A DNA stretch of 64,000 nucleotides from positions 434,001 through 498,000 of the forward strand of contig CAKKNE010000002.1 in NCBI GenBank assembly GCA_918797485.1. The letters run 5' to 3'. The notes under the pieces are model-generated. The model worked only from the letters and a program-made list of their open reading frames with translations. It ran no database searches and was not told the origin of the DNA. This document shows positions 9,101-18,755 of this stretch, piece after piece. The position numbers were made by a program, and so were the translations under genes. Source of the stretch: Pelagomonas calceolata (lineage: Eukaryota). Position 1 is the first letter of the stretch. Each line of letters begins with the position of its first letter.

Positions 9101-10894
9101 ATGAAGCGTGCGGCCAGCCCCAGCGAGAACGAAGCCGTGGCGCAGCGTCTCAAGAAGGAAGCGGCGGCGGCCGCGCCAACGCCCGCGCCGGCAAAGGACA
9201 ACGGCGAGGTCCCGGAGGGCTTCATGAAATTGACGGAGGGCAGCGCGTCCATGCTCTACGAGTGCCGCGCGGAGGACACGAAGACGCGGGGCAAGGGCAA
9301 GGACGACGGCCCCGTCTTCTACAACAAGGTCCAGGTCTTCAACCGCGACGTGTCGGTGCTCGTCATGGCGCTCTTCGCGCAGTGGCGTTATATTGAGAAG
9401 CGCGAGCGCCAGGCCGGCGCGGACGCGCGCAAGGCCGGCGGCGACGGCGCGGCGGCGGCCGAGGCCGAGCGCGCGCGGCTCTACGCGCTGTCCGCGGCGG
9501 AGCTCGACGAATTATTAAGGGAGGACGCCGCGACCGGTGGTTTAAGGGTGCTCGACGCGCTCGCGGCGACGGGCTTGAGGAGCGTGCGCTACGCCAAGGA
9601 GGTGCCCGGCGTCAAGAAAGTGATATCGAACGACATCGAGGCCGAGGCCGCCAAGAAATGTCAAGAGAACGCAACCAGCAATGGCTGCGAATCATTAGTC
9701 GAGGCGGTCTGCGGCGACGCCGTCGCGCACATGATCAATAGCAGAGGGGACCCCTACGACGTCATTGATTTGGACCCCTACGGGTCCGCGGCGCCGTTCT
9801 TAGATGGCGCCGTGCAGGCTATTAGTGATGGCGGTCTCCTCTGCGTCACGTCCACGGACATGACCGTATTATCAGGAGGCTACCCCGAGGTTTGTTATGC
9901 GAAGTACGGCGCGATGCCGACCAAGGCTAAACATTTACACGAGTACGCGCTGCGCGTGTTATTACACGCCATCGAGGCGTCGGCGACGAGGTACGCGAGA
10001 CATATCGTGCCCGTCGTCTCGTTATCGATAGACTTTTATATTCGCGTCTTCGTGCGCGTCTACAAGTCCCCTTCCAACGTCAAGCACACGATCGGAAGGC
10101 GGGCGCTGGTATTGCAGTCGGCGGGCTGCCCGTCGTTCTACCTCCAGCCCCTGGGCTCGCCGACGCAGCGCGACGGCGGCTATACGTGTGGGCGGCTCCA
10201 CGAGCCGCCCCGCAAAATAAATCAGATGGGCCGGCGCGCGCAGCGGCGCGCGGAGGAAGAAGAAGCGGAGGACGAAGAGGAAGAGGAGGACTTCGACCCC
10301 GAGGCGGTCGCGCCGGCGCGCTGCGCCGAGACCGGCGCCGCGTTCAAGATCGGCGGGCCTATCTGGAGCGCGCCGATCCACGACGCCGAGTGGGTGGCGG
10401 CGGCCCTGGATAGGGTCGCGGCGGAGTGCGACGAGCACCTGTCGACGACGGAGCGCATCCACGGCGTCTTCACGGCCGTGTCCGAGGAGCTCATGGACGT
10501 GCCGCTCTACTACACGATCCCGGACATCTGCAAGACGCTGCACTGCGCCGCGCCCAAGCTTTGTGAAGTAAGAGCGGCCCTCCAGCACGCCGGCTACCGC
10601 AGTTCCCAATCGCACCGCGACCCCGACGCTATTAAAACAGACGCGCCGCCCAGGGTATTGTGGGACGTCTTCCGCTGCTGGGTCAAGAAGCACCCCATCG
10701 CCGCGAAGCGCCTCGAGGACAAGGACTCGGCGGCCGCGAAGATCCTGTCCGTCGAGCCGATCTTAGAAGCGAACTTCAGCACGACGGCCGCGCTGCGCCA
10801 GAAGCAGACGAAGGCGCGCCGCTGGGCGCCGAACCCCGAGGAGTACTGGGGGCCCAAGGCCGCGGCGCGCGGGAAGAAGAAGGCTAGAAAGTGA
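9101..10894 (+). CDS. TRM1: tRNA (guanine26-N2)-dimethyltransferase
   Basis: VFYNKVQVFNRDVS, LDALAATGLRSVRYAKE, DVIDLDPYGSAAPFLDGA, GGPIWSAPIHD, KTDAP, PNPEEYWGPK. Confidence 0.95.
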   Translation: MKRAASPSENEAVAQRLKKEAAAAAPTPAPAKDNGEVPEGFMKLTEGSASMLYECRAEDTKTRGKGKDDGPVFYNKVQVFNRDVSVLVMALFAQWRYIEKRERQAGADARKAGGDGAAAAEAERARLYALSAAELDELLREDAATGGLRVLDALAATGLRSVRYAKEVPGVKKVISNDIEAEAAKKCQENATSNGCESLVEAVCGDAVAHMINSRGDPYDVIDLDPYGSAAPFLDGAVQAISDGGLLCVTSTDMTVLSGGYPEVCYAKYGAMPTKAKHLHEYALRVLLHAIEASATRYARHIVPVVSLSIDFYIRVFVRVYKSPSNVKHTIGRRALVLQSAGCPSFYLQPLGSPTQRDGGYTCGRLHEPPRKINQMGRRAQRRAEEEEAEDEEEEEDFDPEAVAPARCAETGAAFKIGGPIWSAPIHDAEWVAAALDRVAAECDEHLSTTERIHGVFTAVSEELMDVPLYYTIPDICKTLHCAAPKLCEVRAALQHAGYRSSQSHRDPDAIKTDAPPRVLWDVFRCWVKKHPIAAKRLEDKDSAAAKILSVEPILEANFSTTAALRQKQTKARRWAPNPEEYWGPKAAARGKKKARK

Positions 10895-10948
10895 GTAAGA
10901 AGAGCGTGTGGTTCTTCTAGTCCTCGCTCCGAGCTGATTTTCCGCTTC

Positions 10949-10970
10949 CTAGTGTCTTACAGGCCGCTAG
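10949..10970 (+). promoter_or_regulatory. 22-bp upstream element
   Basis: ctagtgtcttacaggccgctag, just after the TRM1 stop and 471 bp upstream of the aminopeptidase ATG. Confidence 0.6.
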
Positions 10971-11440
10971 CTCGCTTCGCGTATTTTTGGGGGGGTCCCG
11001 AGGGATTAGGCCGGGGTAAGCGTGTTGGCGTAAGATTTGACCAAGGAATCGTAGGGGGCATGCATGCTTCTAGCTTGATGGGTCGTGAGACCGGGAGGCG
11101 GGCGGGTGTTCTTGCGTTCGGGCCCGATGAGAAGACTGCTCCCGCACGTATCCCGAGACGCGGGGAGAGGTAGGGGTATTACTCAGAGTAATAGGCGAGG
11201 CACTCGTCGTGGAAAGGGGTATTTTCCCCCGCCGAATCAGTGGCTCGCCCTCCCCAAGTCTGAGAGGACCTGTAGCAGCCCTGATAAAAAACGCATCTAG
11301 TTGAAACACACTAGAGGCACCAGACTCGCGGCGGCAGCTCTCGGTCGCCGGGCACCCTGCACGACAGCTGCGCGCCTCTGATTGCGCCTAGTCGCGCATC
11401 GTTTCAGACTTAGACACTCAACTGCTAGCGAGCAGTCATA

Positions 11441-14400
11441 ATGGAAATCGATCTCAATGCCCCGGGCGCCTTCGCCCTGCTGTGCCGCTGCGGCAAGCCG
11501 CAAGTCCAATGTGCGACCCACGAGGCCGCCGTCGCGCCGGACCGCGTGCTCCTGCCGGCGGGCGTCGAGCCCGTGCACTACGACGTCGATTTGACGCTCC
11601 GACTGAACGACCACGCCTTCGACGGCACGACCACGATCAAGGTCGCCGTCGCCGCGCCGGCGACGACCGTGCAGCTCCACGCCAAGGAACTCGCCGTCGC
11701 TGAAGCAAAAATCGACGGCGTAGCTTGCAAGTTCACGGTCGACGCCGAGACCACGACCCTCCTCATCGCGCCCGCGACGACGCTGGCGGCGGGCGACCAC
11801 GTCGTCTGCGTCAAGTACAGCGGCATCCTCAACGATCTGATGTGCGGTTTCTACCGCTCGACCTACACGAATGTGAAAGGAGAGAAGAAGCTCATGGCGT
11901 CCACACAGTTCGAGAGCATCGACGCTAGGCGGTGCTTCCCCTGCTGGGACGAGCCCCGCCGCAAGGCGACCTTCGCCTGCAGCCTCACGGTGCCGGCCCA
12001 CATGACGGCCCTCTCGAACATGCCCGAGAAGTCGACGCGCCGCTCCGCCGACGGAAATGTAATAACGACGTCCTTCATGACCTCGCCGCGAATGTCGACC
12101 TACCTCCTATGTTTTGTGGTGGGCGAGTTCGACCACGTCTCTCAATTAACGAAGAACGGCGTCCTCATTCGCGCGTTCACGCCGCCGGGCAAGCCCGAGC
12201 TCGGCGAGTTCGCGTTGGAATGCGCCGTGGCAGCTCTAGACGCCTACGACACGACCTTCGAGATCCCCTACCCTTTACCGAAATCGGACATGGTCGCGAT
12301 CCCGGAATTCGCCGCGGGCGCCATGGAGAACTGGGGCCTCGTGACGTATCGGGAGGTCGACATGCTCATCGACAAGAAGACGGCGTCATCAAGGCAACTG
12401 CAACGCGTCGCGGAAGTGGTCATCCACGAGCTGGCCCACCAGTGGTTCGGCAATCTTGTTACGATGGAGTGGTGGGAGGACCTGTGGCTGAACGAAGGCT
12501 TCGCGACGTGGATGGAGACGGGCGTGACGCACGAGTTGTATCCCGCCTGGTCCATGTGGGAGCAGTTTATTACCGATATGCAAGGTAGGGCATTACAATT
12601 GGATGCGTTGCGGTCGTCGCACCCCATCCAGGTGCCCATTCGTAAAGCCGAAGAAGTGGAACAGGTCTTCGACGCGATCTCCTACTGCAAGGGCGGGTCA
12701 GTAGTAAGGATGGTCCACGCCGTTGTGGGCGAAGAGGCCTTTGTGAGTGGATTGCGGGCGTACATGAAGGAGTTCGCCTATGGGAACGCGACGACCAATG
12801 ACCTCTGGGCCGCGTGGCAGAAGTCCTCCGGTAAAAATATACCTGAATTAATGGACGCCTGGACGAAGCAGACGGGCTTCCCCGTCCTCGAATTGCAGAA
12901 GGTCAATAGTGATGGGTCTTTGGTACTGGAGCAGCGGCGCTTCTTCGCCGACGGCGCCGCCGACACGGAAAACACCAAATGGCCCGTGCCGCTCTTCGCT
13001 TCCGTCGACGGGACGCAGCAATCGATCGGCGTCATGTCCTCTCAAAAAGAGACGGTGCCCTTTCCCGACGCCAAAAATGCGAAGTGGGTCAAGCTCAACG
13101 CGGGCCAGCACGCACCTTTACGAGTAAAGTACCCCGACGCGATGCTGCCCCACCTGTTCGAAGCCATTTCCTCCAAAAAACTGCCGCCCGCGGACCGTAT
13201 TGGTTTGTTGTCGGACGGCGCGGCGCTATCGAAGGCCGGGCTCATGCCCTTCGGGCGCTTCCTGGAGTTGCTGGGTGCTTATAAAAACGAAGACGACGCG
13301 ACGGTCTGGTCCCAGCTGCTGGAGAAGCTCATGAGTCTGGGCAAGATTTTGCGCGGGGGCGACGATGCAACATTATCGGAGGCCTACGACGGCTTCGCGC
13401 GGTCGCTCATCGTGCCCGTCCTGGAAAAGTGCGGCTGGGCGCCGCGCGACGAGGACGCGCACCTGACGCGGAAGTTAAGAGGGGAGGTGATCGCCGCTTT
13501 GCCGACGTTCTGCGCCGCGGACGACGGCGTCTACGCCTGTGTGGAAATCAACCGGCGTGTCGGGTGCACTGACGCGGCCGTGCTGGCTCGGTCGAGCGGT
13601 GAAGAACCGGCATCGCCACGCCATCGAACGCGCCGTAAATTTGATTTCCACACAGGTCTACGCCGAGGCGAAGAAGCGCTTCGACGCGTTCCGCGCCGGC
13701 GGCGACCTGTGTGGAAATCAACCAGTGTGTCGGGTGCATGACGCGGCCGTGCCGGCTCCGTCGAGCGGTGAGGAATCGACACCGCCACGCCGTCGTGCAG
13801 GCGTCGAGTCGATGGCGTGGAGGACGACGCGATGATTCAGCACGAACGCGCCGTAAAATTTTGATTTCCATACAGGCGACGACGCCGCGCTTCCTAGTGA
13901 ATATCAGTCGGCGGTCTACAAGCTGGTGCTCGCGCGGGGCGGGCGGGAGACCTTCGACCAGATCCTAAAACTACGCGAGGCACGAGCGTTGAACGAAGAG
14001 AAGAACTCTTGCTTGGTAGGCTTGGGCGCAGCCCCTACTTCTCCCCTGCGCACCGCGGCTTTAGATTTGGCCCTTTCGGATGCCGTGAAGCTCCAGGACT
14101 TCTTCTACGTCGCGCTGAGCACGCACGGCGCGTCGGCCGCGGGCAGTGACCTGTGTGGAAATCAAGCAGTGAGTTAGATTATTAGGACAACATCGCGTCG
14201 ATGGCGTGGGGCGTCGAAACTTGATTTCACACAGGTCGCGACGCGACGTGGGCACACTTCACAGAAAAGCTCGACGCGTACAAGGCCAAGGTCGGCGAAG
14301 CGGGCTCGGCGATCATGGACGCCTCGATCGTCGGCGCCTGCGGCGGCTTCTGCACCGAGGCGGCCGCGAACGACATCGTGGCGTTCTTCGAGGCGCACCC

Positions 14401-14521
14401 CCTGCCGCGCAACACTCGAAAAATCGACCAGATAGTTGAGAGCACTCGCGCGTCGGCGGCGTACGTGTCGCGCATCCGGGACGACCGCGCCCAGGCGCTC
14501 GCGTGGCTCGGCAGACAGTAG
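11441..14521 (+). CDS. Puromycin-sensitive-type M1 aminopeptidase; 4 exons: 11441-13528, 13656-13698, 13876-14142, 14235-14521
   Basis: GAMEN and HELAH(18)E zinc motifs. Removing three introner introns gives a continuous ERAP1_C-like tail: ...ADDG|VYAEAKKRFDAFRAG|DDAALPSEYQSAVYKLVL...GASAAG|RDATWAHFTEKL...WLGRQ*. Confidence 0.92.
13529..13655 (+). mobile_element. Introner element 1 (GT-AG intron, 127 nt; TIR element 13537-13655)
   Basis: TIRs CTGTGTGGAAATCAA / TTGATTTCCACACAG; perfect 8-bp TSD GTCTACGC at 13529-13536 and 13656-13663; removal restores the frame. Confidence 0.93.
13699..13875 (+). mobile_element. Introner element 2 (GC-AG intron, 177 nt; TIR element 13707-13875)
   Basis: TIRs CTGTGTGGAAATCAA / TTGATTTCCATACAG; TSD GCGGCGAC vs GCGACGAC (7/8); removal restores the frame. 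Confidence 0.9.
14143..14234 (+). mobile_element. Introner element 3 (about 92-nt intron; TIR element 14151-14234)
   Basis: TIRs CTGTGTGGAAATCAA / TTGATTTCACACAG; TSD GCAGTGAC vs GTCGCGAC (5/8); contains an in-frame stop; removal restores the frame. Confidence 0.88.
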
Positions 14522-15343
14522 CTTTTGGGGGTCGTCTCGCCTTCATAATTATATCGCGACAACATTCGCGCGGCGCCGTCGTAGGATAGAAATGTATATT
14601 TCTTTACGCCCTCCAGGAGGTGCGAGCGATCAATCGGCGGTGCGTGTGTCTCCTCGTCCAGGAGTTGGCCGTGCCGAGAGGCGCAGGGGAAGGGTAAACG
14701 CGGTCGCGCCGGCCCTGGGGACCGGCACGAGCTGGGGATGCGTGAGGGAAGGCAGCCTTCATGCTGCGGCATCGAGGAGCTCGACGTCTACTCACAGATG
14801 TAGTAGAACGTGAGCTCGTAGAACGACTCGTTGTGGTAGAATTCGTCGGCCGTCCGAGTCCGACGCGTCGGACGCGCGCACCGCGGCGCTTCGCCGGCCG
14901 CCCGCGGGGGGGCCAGATTCGCGACGTGGGTTCTGCTTTGTGTTTGGGGGCCTTGTATGTGCTCTTGGCCACGCTAGCGGGTCAGGTTGAGCCGGCTTGC
15001 TCAAGGCTGTAAATCGCGAAAACCGAGGGTTTGAGACTAGGCTCGCTTTTCGCTAGGCTGGATTGAAGGTAATTTAGGTAAACACAGTGGGAAAGACCGA
15101 GAGAGTTTGTGGTTGCGTCGAACTGGATGCCTTAAAATCATGAAAGCCTTGCGAAAATCCTAGAGACAATAGATGTGAACCTCACACGGGTCTCGCGCGC
15201 GATCCTTCGCGAGCGCACAAGAGACCCCTACGAAAGATGGGGCGCAGGCTTTAGTTTTTTTTTATTTACCGAGCGCGCGCGGCGCTAGCTCTTCCAGGAC
15301 TTTGTACACATCACTCACCCACAAAGCAGGTCGACCACAGCTC

Positions 15344-16396
15344 TCAACTTACCCCGCGCCGCCGCGCCGCGTCCTTGCGCCGGTTGACCTCGAGCTCCGC
15401 GAAGAGCGAGTCCTCAGGCTCCGGTTCTACTTGAGAGGGCTCCGGGGCAGCGGAACTCCGAACGCCCGGTTCCGCCCGCCGCCAGACCTGGACGTGCGGC
15501 GCCATCGGCGACGCGCTGAAGAGGCACCCGGAGTCGTCCGCCACGATCGCGTCGGCGCCGTTGACGGCGCCCTCGCGCGGCCGCGTCGCCCACCGCCGCG
15601 TCCGCGCGGCCGCGTCCCAGCAGACGACGGCGCCGTCCTCGCCGCCGGACACGACGACGCCCGCCATCGACGCGAGCGCGGTGACGCAGCCGTCGTGGCC
15701 GTGTTCGAGCGCCGCCGCCGGCAGCGGCGTCGCCCGCGCCGCGTCCCAGACGCTGATTGAGCCGTCGTCGCGTCCCAGGTAGAGTTTCTTGCCGACCGCG
15801 AGCAGGCTCTCGGCGGCGTACGGCGGCGCGTCCGCCCGCGCTTTGGTTGACACGTCCCACGCGACGACGGCCTCGCCGTCGCCGCGCGCCGCGAAGAGGA
15901 CCGGCCCGACGACGGCGAGCGCGTAGATCGACGGCTTGGCCTCGAGCTCGCCGGCGGCCTCGAGCGTCTCGAGGTCCCAGAGCCCGACGAAGCCGTCCGC
16001 GTCGGCCGAGCACAGCGTCGCGCCGGCGACGGCCAGCGCCGTGACGATCGCGCCGTGCTCGCCGACCTTGCGCAGCGGGCCCCGATCTTTCAAATCCCAG
16101 GCCCGGAGCGTCCGGTCGCCGCCGCCGGAAAAGAGCCTCCGTCCACATAATTTAAGACAGGTCACGCAGCCGACGTGGCCCTCGCGCGCGACGTCGAGCG
16201 GCCCCGCCGGCGCGCCGAGCGCGTACAGTAATTTATGCGTCTGTGCGTCGTAGACGCGGATCGCGTGGTCGCGGCAGCCCGCGTAGATTTTCACGCCGTC
16301 CGTCGCGAGGCAGGCGACGCCCTTGCTGCCGAACTGGGGCCCCTTCAATTTGCCGATCTGCTCCAGCGGGCCGGGCGTCGCGACGATGGCTGCCAT
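15344..16396 (-). CDS. WD40-repeat protein
   Basis: GH...WD repeats (GHVGCVTCL...SGGGDRTLRAWD; GHDGCVTAL...SGGEDGAVVCWD). Confidence 0.85.
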   Translation of the reverse strand: MAAIVATPGPLEQIGKLKGPQFGSKGVACLATDGVKIYAGCRDHAIRVYDAQTHKLLYALGAPAGPLDVAREGHVGCVTCLKLCGRRLFSGGGDRTLRAWDLKDRGPLRKVGEHGAIVTALAVAGATLCSADADGFVGLWDLETLEAAGELEAKPSIYALAVVGPVLFAARGDGEAVVAWDVSTKARADAPPYAAESLLAVGKKLYLGRDDGSISVWDAARATPLPAAALEHGHDGCVTALASMAGVVVSGGEDGAVVCWDAAARTRRWATRPREGAVNGADAIVADDSGCLFSASPMAPHVQVWRRAEPGVRSSAAPEPSQVEPEPEDSLFAELEVNRRKDAARRRGVS

Positions 16397-16806
16397 CGTT
16401 TACCCACTGTGGTTTTTTGCTAGCAGCAGGCACGGGCTGGGCTGCCCCACCAGGAAAAGCGTGGATCCTCCTCGCTGTGTCCTGGGCAGCCTAATTGCGC
16501 TCGCAGGCGCCGGCAGCCAAGGTTTAAAACGCTTTTAGCCAGTTTCTTGGTCGTAAGACAGCTTGCGCGAGCGGCAGGCGCCAAACAAGTTTTGCTCATT
16601 TTGCTCCTGAGCGGGTTTTATCTGCCACCTAGGAAAGGTGTGGATCTCCTCGCTACTACCGGTCCACGCACCCACAAAGACACCTCGAGAAGCCCGTGCG
16701 AGTTTATAGTACGCTAGTAGATTTGTGTTTCGATGCTTTCGACTTGTGGTCCCAGGCGCAAAAGCAGCCACCGGAGGCTCAAAGGAGCGCGCGGGCAGCC
16801 CCAACC

Positions 16807-18636
16807 ATGGGGCCCATGCCCGGCCGGCGGCGCCTCGCCGCCCTGGCGCTCGTGCTCGGCGCACAAGCAAATAAGCGGCCGAACCTCCTGCTGGCCCTCG
16901 TCGACGACTTGGGCAGCGGCGACGTTCAGTATAATGACCCGGCGATGGTCACGCCCGAGCTTAGTTCATTGGCGGAGGACGGCGTGATCCTGGACCGCTT
17001 CTACGCGGCGGCGACGTGCACGCCGGCGCGCGCGGCGCTCATGACGGGCCGTCTTGGTATTCGCACGGGCATGCAGGACTCCGTGATCCACGCCACGGAG
17101 CCCCGCGGCGTGCCCCTCGACGAAGTATTTCTCGGCGAGAAGCTCCAGAGCGCGGGCTACCGCACGGCGATGGTCGGGAAGTGGCACCTGGGCTTCCACG
17201 AGGCCGCCTACACGCCCCTCAAACGCGGTTTCGAGAAGTGGTACGGCATCTTCCCGGGCGGCGGCTCGCACACGGGCCATTTTAGCGTGTCCCAGCCGTT
17301 CACGGCGCGCGGCGGCACGGACGTCACGTGGTCGGGTTTTAACCTGTGGGACAACGACGCGCCGTCGGCCGACAACAAGTCGCCGACGCACACGACCCAT
17401 TTGTACACCGCCAAAGCGAAGGAATATATAGAAACGTTCGAGGCCGCGGCGCCGGCGTACGCGGCGCCGCCGCGCAAGACGCCGCGCAAACTTAGTATTA
17501 GGGACCCCTGGTTCCTCTACCTGTCATATCAAGCGGTGCACGACCCCGTGGAAGTGGGCGACGCCAAATACGTCACGGACACAAACTGCAAATCACTCGA
17601 CGCGCCGCGGTCGGAGCTCTGCGGCATGGTCGCCGAGGTCGACGACGGCCTCAAGACTTTGAGGTTGACCCTGGAGGCCAACAATGCCTGGGACCGCACT
17701 TTGTTAGTGATAGCCTCGGACAACGGCGGCGTGCCGGCGCACGGCTCCTCAAATTATGGCTTAAGGGGCGAGAAGGCCCAGTACTACGAGGGCGGCGTGC
17801 GCGTGCCGCTCGTCGTGAGTGGTGGATATGTCAATAAACAAGCGCGGGGCCGGCGGCTCCAATCGCTCGCGCACGTGACGGATCTGCACGCGACGTTCCT
17901 GCATCTCGCCCAGTATCAGCCGCGGGCGGAGGACAAAGCGTTGGATGGTGTGGACCTCGCGCCCCACTTGTTTGGGACTGCGCCGCCGCCGCGCGACGAA
18001 ATTTTGATCAATATGAATTCCGCGCATTTTGGGGAAGCGGGAGCGCTCATCGTGGGCGACTTTAAATATGCGACCAACGCGGAGCCGAGCGAGGCGGGCA
18101 TCTACGCGCACGTGCGCAAAGCGCTCGCGAAGGGGTCGGCTCCTTTGGAGAATTTAGTCGCGGCCGCGCGCGACGAGGTCGTGGGCGCGACGACGCCTAC
18201 GCTGTTTAACATCGCGAAGAATCCCAACGAAAGGACCGACTGCGATACCGAGGACATTGAGGAGTCGTGCGACTTGTACGCGCACCCGGCCTACGTCGAG
18301 GTAAGGGAGGCAATGGAGCAGCGCTGGGCGCAGTACCGGTCGGAGATGGTCGAATCGACCTTCGCCTGGGCCGACGACGGCCCGCTGGCGGACCCCGCGC
18401 TCTTCGACGGCGTCTGGGCGCCGTGGCGCGACCGCGCGGGGCCGCGCGCGACCTACGCGGGCCTGGCGTCTTCTTCCGGTGAGGCGGAGCTCATCGCATC
18501 CCCAAAAGCGACTCCGGGCTCGTCGATGATGGTCACGACCGTGGCCGTGGGCTTATTATCGTTCGTCCTCGGCGCGTCGCTGTCGCGGTGGAAGAGGCCG
18601 CGGCACGCGTACCTGCCAATCGCCGAGGACTACTAA
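16807..18636 (+). CDS. Arylsulfatase B-like sulfatase with signal peptide and C-terminal TM helix
   Basis: PNLLLALVDDLG, formylglycine motif CTPARAALMTGR, GKWHLG, SDNGG, EGGVRVP. Confidence 0.93.
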   Translation: MGPMPGRRRLAALALVLGAQANKRPNLLLALVDDLGSGDVQYNDPAMVTPELSSLAEDGVILDRFYAAATCTPARAALMTGRLGIRTGMQDSVIHATEPRGVPLDEVFLGEKLQSAGYRTAMVGKWHLGFHEAAYTPLKRGFEKWYGIFPGGGSHTGHFSVSQPFTARGGTDVTWSGFNLWDNDAPSADNKSPTHTTHLYTAKAKEYIETFEAAAPAYAAPPRKTPRKLSIRDPWFLYLSYQAVHDPVEVGDAKYVTDTNCKSLDAPRSELCGMVAEVDDGLKTLRLTLEANNAWDRTLLVIASDNGGVPAHGSSNYGLRGEKAQYYEGGVRVPLVVSGGYVNKQARGRRLQSLAHVTDLHATFLHLAQYQPRAEDKALDGVDLAPHLFGTAPPPRDEILINMNSAHFGEAGALIVGDFKYATNAEPSEAGIYAHVRKALAKGSAPLENLVAAARDEVVGATTPTLFNIAKNPNERTDCDTEDIEESCDLYAHPAYVEVREAMEQRWAQYRSEMVESTFAWADDGPLADPALFDGVWAPWRDRAGPRATYAGLASSSGEAELIASPKATPGSSMMVTTVAVGLLSFVLGASLSRWKRPRHAYLPIAEDY

Positions 18637-18755
18637 CTTACTGTTTGTGTTACTAAGGGCCATGTGGCTCCGGCACGCCAACCTGCCCATCGTGGAAGCG
18701 GCGGCCGCCGCGGCACCGTCGGTACGCGTACGAGGACTACTAACTAACTGTTCTG

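Noticed and set aside
13537..13741. ORF-track C-terminus of the aminopeptidase, and small ORFs sharing peptides such as PVWKS, LCGNQ and LISTQ (also near 19294 and 28174)
   Set aside because: These are read-through translations of introner TIRs, not a protein motif or pseudogene frameshifts.
15037..15057. CTAG...CGCTAG as another copy of the 22-bp element
   Set aside because: It lacks the TGTCTTAC/ACAC core.
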